Assembly: GCA_036396795.1 (NCBI GenBank)
Contig: DASWKF010000017.1
Location: 111,191-175,190, forward strand
Length of the DNA stretch: 64,000 nucleotides
DNA from: Gammaproteobacteria bacterium
Lineage (GTDB): Bacteria > Pseudomonadota > Gammaproteobacteria > Steroidobacterales > Rariloculaceae
Direction of reading: 5' to 3'
Below, piece after piece: positions 1-8,297 of the stretch. A model generated the notes under the pieces. It was not told the DNA's origin, did not search any database, and was given only the letters and a program-made list of their open reading frames with translations. Every line of letters begins with the position of its first letter. Position 1 is the stretch's first letter. Position numbers and translations under genes: made by a program.

Positions 1-159
1 CGCGAGCGCATCGAGCGCCCGGCGGATCCGCGCCTGGCGCCCGAGGTGCCCGAGGTCAGCCCGCTGATCGAGGGGCCGAGGCCGGGGGAAGAAGGCCGGA
101 TCTCGCCCGTGAGGCCGCCGGCCGAGGGAGCCGAAACGGGACAGCGGGAGACTGCCTAG
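1..159 (+). CDS. 3' end of an unidentified CDS entering from the left edge (partial)
   Basis: Frame 1 is open from base 1 to TAG at 157-159 with mostly G/C-ending codons. No recognisable motif. Confidence 0.2.
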   Translation, partial: RERIERPADPRLAPEVPEVSPLIEGPRPGEEGRISPVRPPAEGAETGQRETA

Positions 160-194
160 CCCACTCGCGAAACACAGCCGGTCGAAACCGTTTC

Positions 195-707
195 GTGCAG
201 ACCATCGAAGAGATTCACAGGAGCCTCGGTATACCCCCGAGCTATGGGCGCGATCCGCCGTTGCCGCGGTTTCACGAGGCGACCGAGCTTGTCGCGGTCG
301 AGCCCAACATCGTCGGGCGCATGCAGGAGCTGACCCCGGAAACCGCCGCGGCGTGGAGCGAAATGAAAGCGCGCGCTCAGGAGGACGGCGTGGCGTTGCT
401 GCTGGTGTCCGGATTTCGCAGCATCGCGCGGCAGATCGCGCTGATCCGCCAAAAGCTCGCTCAGGGACAAACGCTGGACGAGATTCTCAAGGTCAACGCG
501 GCGCCCGGATTCAGTCAGCACCACACGGGCAAAGTCGTCGACGTCGCGACGCCGGGTTGCCGGCCGCTGACGGAGGAGTTCGAAATGACGCCGGCCTTCG
601 GTTGGCTATGCCGCAACGCCGCGGGCTTTGGCTTCAGGCTCGCCTACCCGCGCGACAACGACGAAGGGTTTTGCTACGAGCCGTGGCATTGGTCGAGGTT
701 GCCATGA
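195..707 (+). CDS. M15-family (VanY/D-Ala-D-Ala carboxypeptidase-like) zinc peptidase, no signal peptide
   Basis: 170-aa ORF with motifs SGFRS...QHHTGKVVD...EPWHW typical of peptidase M15B/VanY. GTG start. Confidence 0.8.
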   Translation: MQTIEEIHRSLGIPPSYGRDPPLPRFHEATELVAVEPNIVGRMQELTPETAAAWSEMKARAQEDGVALLLVSGFRSIARQIALIRQKLAQGQTLDEILKVNAAPGFSQHHTGKVVDVATPGCRPLTEEFEMTPAFGWLCRNAAGFGFRLAYPRDNDEGFCYEPWHWSRLP

Positions 708-755
708 AATCTGGTATAAGCGTATTTAGGATCCCAACAGAAGAAGAGGCCCGTC

Positions 756-2267
756 ATGCGCATTAGAACCCCTCTCGCCACGTTCGCGCTGCTCGCGTTT
801 TCGCCGATCGGCTTCGTCGGCGCGCAGATCGCGGATCCGCTGCCGGGGCCGGTGGAAAAGCGCGGCTTGATGGTACAGATCCGCGACGTGGTGCGCCTGC
901 CGCAAACGCGCGGGATGTTTCCTCCGGAAGAGGATGTGAATCCGGCCGGCTGGGCGCGCGTCAGCTTCGTACGCGATTTGCCGGACGGCCGCCGCTTCGC
1001 CAACGACTCACGCGGTTTTCTCTATCTGCTCGACGACGGCAATGAGCCCTCCGTCTATTTGGAGTTCGGCCCCCACTTTCCGCACACGATCTACAACCGG
1101 CTGGAGAGCGGTTTCATCGGCTTCGGTTTCCACCCGGAGTTCGCCCGCAATGGTCTTTTTTATACCGTGCATGGCGAGGGTGCCGCGGCCAACCCCGGGA
1201 CGCCCGACTTCATTCCTCCCGGATACGCCGAAGCCGACGTCACGCACCACAACGTGATTACCGAGTGGCGCGCGAACGACCCGGCGGCAAGCACGTTCGA
1301 GGGCACACGCCGCGAGTTGCTGCGCGTCGCTCACGTCACCACCAACATGTCGCATCCATTCGGCTATGTCGGCTTCAACCCGACCGCCGAGCGCGGCGAT
1401 CTCGATTACGGATTGCTGTATACTAGCGGTAGCGATCTCGGCTTCAGCAACGGCGCCGGACCCAACGCGAACAATCCCGCCCAAACACAGCGCCTCGACA
1501 GCGTCATTACCGCCATTCTACGGATCGACCCGCGCAGCCCCTCGGAAATAAACGGTACCAAAGGGCTCGGCGACTACACGATTCCGCCGGGCAATCCGTT
1601 CGCCGACGACGGCGATGCGGAGACGCTCGGCGAGATCTATGCCTACGGCTTTCGCAACGCGCACCGGCTGTCGTGGGATCCGACGGACGGCACGATGTTC
1701 GCGACGGACATCGGCATGAACCACATCGAGGAGGTCAACATCGTTCGCGCCGGCGGCAACTACGGCTGGATGCCTCGCGAAGGATATTGGGAGAACGGCA
1801 TGACACGTCCCGGCGGCGCCTTGAGTCAGTTGTTCGAGCTGCCGGCCGACGTGCTCGACGGGCGGGCCCACGACGAATTCACCTATCCGGTCGCGATCTA
1901 CGACCATAACGACGGGCAGGCGATAACGGCAGGTTTCGCGTACCACGGGCGCATCGACGCGCTGCGCGGCAAGTTCCTGTTCGGCGATATCGTGCGCGGC
2001 CGGCTTTTCGCTGCGGATCTCGCCGCGATGAAGGCTGCCGACGACGGCGTTCCCGGGACGGTCGCGCCGGTCGAGGAGGTGCAGCTCTATGTTACGGACG
2101 CGGAAGGCAACCGTGTCCATGTCTCCTTTCGCGAGCTCGTCGAGCACACCAATGGCGCCACGGCGGCACGGGCCGATCTGCATCTGAGCCAAAGCCGGGA
2201 CGGTGAGATTTTCCTGACGTCGCGTCAGGACGGCATGATCCGGATGCTCGTGCCCGACGGGGATTGA
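756..2267 (+). CDS. Secreted PQQ-dependent sugar (glucose/sorbosone) dehydrogenase-like beta-propeller
   Basis: 503 aa with N-terminal signal peptide (LLAFSPIGFVGAQ). GFRNAHRLSWDP and GGNYGW motifs are characteristic of soluble quinoprotein dehydrogenases. Confidence 0.8.
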   Translation: MRIRTPLATFALLAFSPIGFVGAQIADPLPGPVEKRGLMVQIRDVVRLPQTRGMFPPEEDVNPAGWARVSFVRDLPDGRRFANDSRGFLYLLDDGNEPSVYLEFGPHFPHTIYNRLESGFIGFGFHPEFARNGLFYTVHGEGAAANPGTPDFIPPGYAEADVTHHNVITEWRANDPAASTFEGTRRELLRVAHVTTNMSHPFGYVGFNPTAERGDLDYGLLYTSGSDLGFSNGAGPNANNPAQTQRLDSVITAILRIDPRSPSEINGTKGLGDYTIPPGNPFADDGDAETLGEIYAYGFRNAHRLSWDPTDGTMFATDIGMNHIEEVNIVRAGGNYGWMPREGYWENGMTRPGGALSQLFELPADVLDGRAHDEFTYPVAIYDHNDGQAITAGFAYHGRIDALRGKFLFGDIVRGRLFAADLAAMKAADDGVPGTVAPVEEVQLYVTDAEGNRVHVSFRELVEHTNGATAARADLHLSQSRDGEIFLTSRQDGMIRMLVPDGD

Positions 2268-2285
2268 GCGGACGGCCGGAGCGGG

Positions 2286-2771
2286 CTAGCGTGCTTCGTC
2301 GATGACCTCGCGCACCTTCGCATTGCGAGTGAGCGCGATGATCTTGGGGTGATTCATCAGCACGGCGTGGTTGCCCGATGCCAGCGCCTCGACGATTTCC
2401 GGGTCGGCCAGCACAGCCTGCACCTCCGGGTCGCTTTGCAGGGATTGAATCATCGACAACAGCCCGGGGCTCTGCAGTATGCGTGACTGCACGGCCTCGA
2501 GATCGGCCCGCTCCGGTGACGATCCGGCCGACGGTACCGTATGCTCGCCGCCGTGATCGATGCTGCGAATGTCCTGCTTGCGCACGCGCACGCTGCCGAG
2601 CAGCGCGGTCTTGACGGTGTATACGTCGCCTTGAAGGGCCTCTATCTCGCCATGAATGACAGCGCCATCCTTCAACACCAGAGTCGCCGCGGACACGGCG
2701 TGCGGGACGTACAGCGCTGCCGTCATGACCAAGAGAACGCCGCTGATGCGGCGGAAGAAATGAACGCGCAT
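2286..2771 (-). CDS. Small secreted hypothetical protein with C-terminal STI1/Hop DP-like helical motif
   Basis: The ORF 2286-2855 is trimmed to the internal ATG at 2771 (MRVHFFRRISGVLLVMTAALYVPHAVSA signal peptide). The C-terminus reads SDPEVQAVLADPEIVEAL...NHPKIIAL. Confidence 0.6.
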   Translation of the reverse strand: MRVHFFRRISGVLLVMTAALYVPHAVSAATLVLKDGAVIHGEIEALQGDVYTVKTALLGSVRVRKQDIRSIDHGGEHTVPSAGSSPERADLEAVQSRILQSPGLLSMIQSLQSDPEVQAVLADPEIVEALASGNHAVLMNHPKIIALTRNAKVREVIDEAR

Positions 2772-2811
2772 TGCAACCAACCCGATACGACTCCCTGCAA
2801 ACCTACTTGAG

Positions 2812-3585
2812 ATGATACTGGAAATGGGAAGCGATGCACCCCCGCTCTCGAGCAAGCCGTTCCTGATCGTCCAGCTGCGACCGGAGGCCGAGGCCGCGGA
2901 CAGCGAGTTTCAAGCCGTTCTCCGCTACGGCGGATTACGTGAAGAGGAGGTGGTTCGCGCGCACATCGAGCACACCGGCCTGCCCGAGATCGATCTCGGC
3001 GGTTATAGCGCGATCATCGTCGGCGGCAGCCCGTTCGACATGAGCACGCCGGAGCACGCCAAGGCCGGCATTCAAAGGAAGATCGAAAGCGACTTCATGA
3101 GCCTGTTCGAGCGCATCGTGGAGATCGATTTTCCGTTTTTGGGTGCCTGCTCCGGCAACAGCCTGCTGGGCAAGTTCTGCGGCGCGCGCATATCGCGGAA
3201 ATATGCCGAGCCCGTCGGCGGCACGGACATCACCTTGACGGAGGAGGGCATGCGCGATCCGCTGCTCGACGGGTTCCCGAAGACTTTTCGAGTGCTTCTT
3301 GGCCACAAGGAAGCCTGCGACGAGATCCCGCCGAACACGGTTCTGCTGGCGTCCTCGCAAGCCTGTCCCGTGCAGATGTTCCGGCTCAGAAACAACATTT
3401 ATGCGACACAGTTCCATCCAGAAGCGGATTTCGAGGGATTCACTGCGCGAATCAAGGTATACAAAAGCCACGGGTACTTCCCGCCGGAAACAGCCGAAGA
3501 TCTGATCGCGGGAATTGCGAACGAAGATACGCCGATCGCGAAGCGGATACTCCATCGCTTCGTTCGCCGGTATAGAGCTTCTTGA
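2812..3585 (+). CDS. Class I glutamine amidotransferase-like protein
   Basis: 257 aa with a GACSGNSLL nucleophile region and the ATQFHPE motif of type-1 GATases. Confidence 0.85.
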   Translation: MILEMGSDAPPLSSKPFLIVQLRPEAEAADSEFQAVLRYGGLREEEVVRAHIEHTGLPEIDLGGYSAIIVGGSPFDMSTPEHAKAGIQRKIESDFMSLFERIVEIDFPFLGACSGNSLLGKFCGARISRKYAEPVGGTDITLTEEGMRDPLLDGFPKTFRVLLGHKEACDEIPPNTVLLASSQACPVQMFRLRNNIYATQFHPEADFEGFTARIKVYKSHGYFPPETAEDLIAGIANEDTPIAKRILHRFVRRYRAS

Positions 3586-3776
3586 CTAAGCGTTGTCGCA
3601 GACGAGATGCATGATGTTCGAAGTCTCAGAGGCCTATCACTTCCGCGGATTCGTCGTCCACGTTCGTGAGCGAGCCCCGTGGCGGTGCGCCCGCCTGCCG
3701 CGAGTCGGTTCGTGCGCCCAGTAGCTGGACCCGAGTGCCCCGGTCGTGGATACTCAATGCGGCAGAGGGGGACGCA

Positions 3777-5885
3777 ATGCCCGGGAGATTCCGCGAACGA
3801 TACGTCGGACCTGCGCCGATGATCATCTGTTGTCTTGCCGCACTGTCGGTATTGCCGCCACCGGCGAACGCGCGCGTAACGAGGATCGTCGTCGATACCG
3901 TGACGTCGCCAGCTTTCGACGGTCAGTCCTTCGGGGACGCTGGTCAATACGAGACCCTCGAAGGCCGCGCGTATGGCGAGCTCGATCCTACCGACCCGCG
4001 CAATGCAATCATCCAGGACATCGCGCTGGCGGCGCGAAACGCGAACGGCAATGTTGAGTACATGGCGACGTTCTTTCTCGTCAAGCCTGTCGACATGTCC
4101 AAGAGCAGCGGGCTGCTATGGCAATTCGTCCCGAACCGCGGCGGCAGGATCACGCTCTCTGCCGAACGCCGCGCCGACGGCGACATCGGCTTGAGCAGTG
4201 GCTGGCAGGGCGATAACGCCGGTGGCACGGCGCACAATACTCCAGGGCGCGAGCTTGTCGTCGTACCGATTGCCAAAAACCCGGACGGCTCCGCGATTGC
4301 CGGGACGGTCATGGGGCGGATCATCAACGCCGAGGGGCTCGAGTCGAGCCCGATCATCGTGCACTCGAATCCGCTGCCCTACGAGCCGGCGACGCTGGAC
4401 ACGACGCGGGCCCGCCTCACCATTATCGAGTCGGAAACCATCGATGGGCGCACGGGCGTAGCTCGCCAAGTGCCGAGCAGCGACTGGGCTTGGGCACGCT
4501 GCAGCAACGGCAGGGACCCGGTATTCCCTGGGAAGCCCGATCCGACGGAGATCTGCGTCCGCGGCGGCTTCGAGCCGAAACGCGTCTATCAAGTCGTATT
4601 CACCGCCCAAGATCCGCCGGTGCTCGGCATCGGCTTCGCAGCGTTCCGCGATGTTGGATCCTTCTTCAAGTTTGCGCGCGCCGACGACGACGGCACGCCC
4701 AACCCGGTGGCCGACCGAGTGGCTTGGATCGTCGCGCGCGGCAGCTCACAGTCCGGCAACATGCTCAGGCAGTACTTACATCTCGGCTTCAACGAGGACG
4801 AATCGCGGCGGCGCGTACACGACGGCAGCTGGATGTGGATCGCTGGCCGGCGCATCGCGCTTAACTTTCGCTTCGCGATGCCCGATGGCGTGCTGAAGCT
4901 TTACGAGCCGGGTGGCGAAGGCGCCATGTGGTGGGAGCGGTGGCCCGACTACGTTCGAGGGCAACCGACTGGCGGAATACTCGACCGCTGCAAGGCGTCC
5001 AGGACGTGTCCCAAGATCGTGGAGCATTTCGGCTCAGCGGAGATCTGGGCGCTCAAGTTCGGCCCCGGGCTCGTCGGTACAGATCCGAAGGCGGATATCC
5101 CTCTGCCGAGTAACGTGCGTCGATATTACATGCCGAGCACCCGCCACGGCGGCGGCGAGGGCAGCTTCGACGTCGAGCCGCCGGCGCCACCGACCTGCCC
5201 CAGCGAGGCGTACGGCCGCGGCATGTTCGCCGACAACCCGGTGCCGCATACCGAAACCCGCAACGCGATCGAGTTTCATCTGCGCAATTGGGTTGTGCAG
5301 GACGTCGCTCCGCCGCCAAGCCGCTGGCCCCGCCTGCACGGCGAGAACGCACATCTCGTCGCGGCAACCAAGGAAGCCATGGGGTTTCCGGACATACCGG
5401 GCGTGCCTCAAGGAGCGCCGACCGGGTTGATCAGCCCCGTGTTCGATTACGATTTCGGCCCCGACTTCGACCACTTCAACACGACCGGCGTGCCGACGAT
5501 CATTCCGCCGATCATCAAGCAGGTGCTGCCTATGCTTGTCCCGCGGGTGGATGCGGACGGCAACGAGCTCGGCGGTGTCCCGGTGGTCTTGCGAGACGCC
5601 CCTCTCGGCACCTACCTCGGGTGGAATATCACCGCCGAAGGCTTTCATGCGGGCAAGATCTGCAACTATGCCGGCGGCATGATCCCGTTCGCGAGGACAC
5701 AGGCGGAGCGCATCGCGAACGGGGACCCGCGCCTGTCGCTTGAGGAACGCTACGGCACTCACGCGGGGTATGTCGCGGCGGTGCGGCAGGCAACGGCAAA
5801 CGCGGTCGCTCAGGGCTTCCTGCTACCGGCTGACGCGGAGGCGCTGATTGCGCGGGCTGACGCGAGCAACGTCCTCAATCCGTAA
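3777..5885 (+). CDS. Large secreted alpha/beta-hydrolase-domain protein (unknown substrate)
   Basis: ORF 3666-5885 trimmed to the ATG at 3777, preceded by GAGGGGGA. Signal peptide MIICCLAALSVLPPPANA. ARGSSQSGN nucleophile-elbow-like motif. The C-terminal DADGNELGG...GMIPFA...GDPRLSLEERY block is recalled from the 'alpha/beta hydrolase domain' family. Confidence 0.7.
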   Translation: MPGRFRERYVGPAPMIICCLAALSVLPPPANARVTRIVVDTVTSPAFDGQSFGDAGQYETLEGRAYGELDPTDPRNAIIQDIALAARNANGNVEYMATFFLVKPVDMSKSSGLLWQFVPNRGGRITLSAERRADGDIGLSSGWQGDNAGGTAHNTPGRELVVVPIAKNPDGSAIAGTVMGRIINAEGLESSPIIVHSNPLPYEPATLDTTRARLTIIESETIDGRTGVARQVPSSDWAWARCSNGRDPVFPGKPDPTEICVRGGFEPKRVYQVVFTAQDPPVLGIGFAAFRDVGSFFKFARADDDGTPNPVADRVAWIVARGSSQSGNMLRQYLHLGFNEDESRRRVHDGSWMWIAGRRIALNFRFAMPDGVLKLYEPGGEGAMWWERWPDYVRGQPTGGILDRCKASRTCPKIVEHFGSAEIWALKFGPGLVGTDPKADIPLPSNVRRYYMPSTRHGGGEGSFDVEPPAPPTCPSEAYGRGMFADNPVPHTETRNAIEFHLRNWVVQDVAPPPSRWPRLHGENAHLVAATKEAMGFPDIPGVPQGAPTGLISPVFDYDFGPDFDHFNTTGVPTIIPPIIKQVLPMLVPRVDADGNELGGVPVVLRDAPLGTYLGWNITAEGFHAGKICNYAGGMIPFARTQAERIANGDPRLSLEERYGTHAGYVAAVRQATANAVAQGFLLPADAEALIARADASNVLNP

Positions 5886-5895
5886 GGAGATGTGC

Positions 5896-6873
5896 ATGGG
5901 CGCGAAAGCCGTTGCCGCCGCCGTGGCATTCAGTCTGCTAGCCCACTTGCAGATCGTGCTTGCGCAGGGCACGGCGGAGGTCGAAACCATCCTGTACAAG
6001 GCGGCGGACGCGCTCGGAATGCTCCGCACGCCGCGGGAAGTGGACAGAGTGGCGACGATGATTTTCTCCGGTACAGGGACGCTGACGCTCGATAGCGAAG
6101 TCTGCGTCATGGAGCACTATCGGGCCGGCATTCGATACCCCATCCCGAACGCGCGACACACTTTTCCCGTTCCGGGTATGCGCGTCGATTTCAGCTGCGC
6201 GCGGGAAGACGACGAGCAGGAGCGGCACATCCATGTCGTGGCGGGTGATCTCGCCTGGGACGAGACCGAGCCGGGCCTCAACGCGACGCCGGCGCCCGAG
6301 ACGGTCCGCGAACGCCTCTTACAGGTGTGGATCCTTCCGCAGGGGCTGGTCAAAGCCGCCGCCGTGGCCGGTCCACTGGTCACAGCCTCCACCGAAGCTG
6401 GGAACCCAGTGCTGACGTTTCCTCTTCCTGCGCCGCTGGACGACACGGTCGTCAAGGTCACGCTGGATCCAGAGGTATTCCTCTCTCACACGATGCCGAC
6501 GGGTCTGAAGCGCGAGTTCAGCCATCGGATTACGCGGGTCGAGACGCGATTCGACGGCGTCGTAATGGAAGTGACCTATGCGAACTACCAGGACTGGAAT
6601 CATGCCGACTACAAGAGCGACGTGTTGCTGCCGGGCCGCATCGTGCACAGACTCGGCGGGACGACGACGCTCGAGCTTACATTGACCCATAGCAACACCT
6701 ACAACCCCTATGTCGTCATGCCCGTGCCGGAGAACATCCCCCGGGCAGCGTCGGGCGCGGTGGGCCGAAGAAACGGCGGCTCGTGCTATAGTCCGGCCAT
6801 CCTGCGGCTCACGCCCCGGTCTCGGGGGGGGGTACAGCGATGCATCGTAACTTACGGGCAATGGCCATTTTGA
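5896..6873 (+). CDS. Secreted hypothetical protein
   Basis: AAGGAG at 5884-5889 precedes ATG 5890/5896. Signal peptide AVAAAVAFSLLAHLQIVLAQG. The 3' tail is Arg-rich, crosses a G9 tract and overlaps the next gene, so the C-terminus is uncertain. Confidence 0.55.
   Translation: MGAKAVAAAVAFSLLAHLQIVLAQGTAEVETILYKAADALGMLRTPREVDRVATMIFSGTGTLTLDSEVCVMEHYRAGIRYPIPNARHTFPVPGMRVDFSCAREDDEQERHIHVVAGDLAWDETEPGLNATPAPETVRERLLQVWILPQGLVKAAAVAGPLVTASTEAGNPVLTFPLPAPLDDTVVKVTLDPEVFLSHTMPTGLKREFSHRITRVETRFDGVVMEVTYANYQDWNHADYKSDVLLPGRIVHRLGGTTTLELTLTHSNTYNPYVVMPVPENIPRAASGAVGRRNGGSCYSPAILRLTPRSRGGVQRCIVTYGQWPF
6824..6832. repeat. Homopolymeric G9 tract
   Basis: Nine consecutive G read directly at 6824-6832. 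It sits 7 nt upstream of the ATG at 6840 and inside the 3' end of the upstream ORF. Confidence 0.9.
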
Positions 6874-7244
6874 GCCTGACGTGGAGCGCCGGGCCGGTTT
6901 CGGCCCATCACGCGGTCCAAGCCCAGTTCGATCAGGACAACGTCGCCACGATCACCGGTGTCATGACGAGGGTGATGTGGATCAATCCGCACGTACGCTG
7001 GTTCATGGACGTCACGGATGAGAACGGCCATGTGACGACGTGGAATATATCCGGGGCGGCGCCCGGCGGGTTCCGCCGGATCGGAATCAGCGGCCGTGAC
7101 GTGTTCAAAACGGGAGAAACCTACACGGCAACGATTGCACTAGCGAAGGATGGCTCGAGCTTCGGATACATCGTCACGTTTAAGCTGCCGGACGGTCGCC
7201 AGCTCGATCTGTGGCACCAGTACCAGGCTGAAGGGAGCTTCTGA
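6840..7244 (+). CDS. Short secreted HH/NPH-motif protein (DUF6152-like), paralog 1 of 6
   Basis: 134 aa. Signal peptide ends VSA, followed by HHAVQAQFD...WINPH. Same motif set as ORFs at 13321, 14442, 17669, 21088 and 31958. Confidence 0.8.
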   Translation: MHRNLRAMAILSLTWSAGPVSAHHAVQAQFDQDNVATITGVMTRVMWINPHVRWFMDVTDENGHVTTWNISGAAPGGFRRIGISGRDVFKTGETYTATIALAKDGSSFGYIVTFKLPDGRQLDLWHQYQAEGSF

Positions 7245-7322
7245 ACGGGCCGCCTCGACAGTGCGACGTGGCCCCGTGGACGCGATGAGAACACGAGCCC
7301 TCGTTCCAAGGAGAGTCCGACG

Positions 7323-8249
7323 ATGAAGGTGTTTTGCCTTCCCTGCAGCCCGAAGATCGCGGGCATCGCGGCTGCCGCCGTACTCCTATCGGCGCCGGCT
7401 GCCGGCCAGAGCCGGTCTGCGCAAGCGGATCCCGCCGCCGTTCCGACGCCGCGAACCGCGGATGGTAAGCTGGACCTGAACGGCCGGTGGGGAGGCAGCA
7501 GTGGTGGTGGCGTCGGCGTCAAGGTGGTGGAGCCAGATGGAACCGAGATGGATTTCGACACATTCGGAGACTATCAAGGCGCTCTGAGCGCCGGTCAGGT
7601 CAGCCCTTCTGCGCGGATTCTCGGCCGTCAGCCCAACTATCGGCATGGGAACAATGTGTACGCCGAACGCGACGGCGGGATGGACCAGCGATACTACGCA
7701 AACCCGCCGCTCTACAGGCCGGAGTTCTGGGAGCGTGTGCGGTATCTCGACGTGAACGGGAACGTCGAGGATACGACCTTCATATGCATGCCGGCCGGTG
7801 TGCCGCGCATGGGACCGCCCGTTCGAGTCATCCAGTCGGCGACGGACGTGGTCCTTCTATATGACCAACGGAATACCTGGCGTGTGATCCCAACTGATGG
7901 GCGACCCCACGACCCCGTGAACGCGGAAGACCAGACCTTCATGGGAGACTCGATCGGATACTGGGACGGAGATACATTGGTCATCGACGTGGTTGGGTTC
8001 AACGATCTCACCTGGCTCGGCTGGCCGGGGTGGTTCCACTCAAACGAGATGCGAGTGGAAGAACGCTTCACACGTGTCGGCAACACGCTTCACTACGATG
8101 TCACGGTGCATGATCCCTCGGTGCTGTTACAGCCGTGGGTAATGGATACGCGAGTGCTGCAGCTCAATGCGAGCTCGGCGACGTACCTCGAGGATCCGCC
8201 TTGTCTGGACTTCGACTCGACGCACATGGTGACCCGGGAGCGGGGATAG
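7323..8249 (+). CDS. Secreted protein homologous to the C-terminal domain of the long HH/NPH fusions
   Basis: AAGGAG RBS and a signal peptide. FICMPAGVPRM...RVIPTDGRPHDP...GDSIGYWDGDTLVIDVVGFND...PPCLDFD aligns with TCIGRPAP...RTIHMDGRDHPDG...GHSIGWWESETLVIDTTHFAD...FNCDPD of ORF 17669. Confidence 0.75.
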   Translation: MKVFCLPCSPKIAGIAAAAVLLSAPAAGQSRSAQADPAAVPTPRTADGKLDLNGRWGGSSGGGVGVKVVEPDGTEMDFDTFGDYQGALSAGQVSPSARILGRQPNYRHGNNVYAERDGGMDQRYYANPPLYRPEFWERVRYLDVNGNVEDTTFICMPAGVPRMGPPVRVIQSATDVVLLYDQRNTWRVIPTDGRPHDPVNAEDQTFMGDSIGYWDGDTLVIDVVGFNDLTWLGWPGWFHSNEMRVEERFTRVGNTLHYDVTVHDPSVLLQPWVMDTRVLQLNASSATYLEDPPCLDFDSTHMVTRERG

Positions 8250-8297
8250 ATCGTACCCACGGTTCGAAAATTCGACGGTTCACCCGCACGGACAGCA

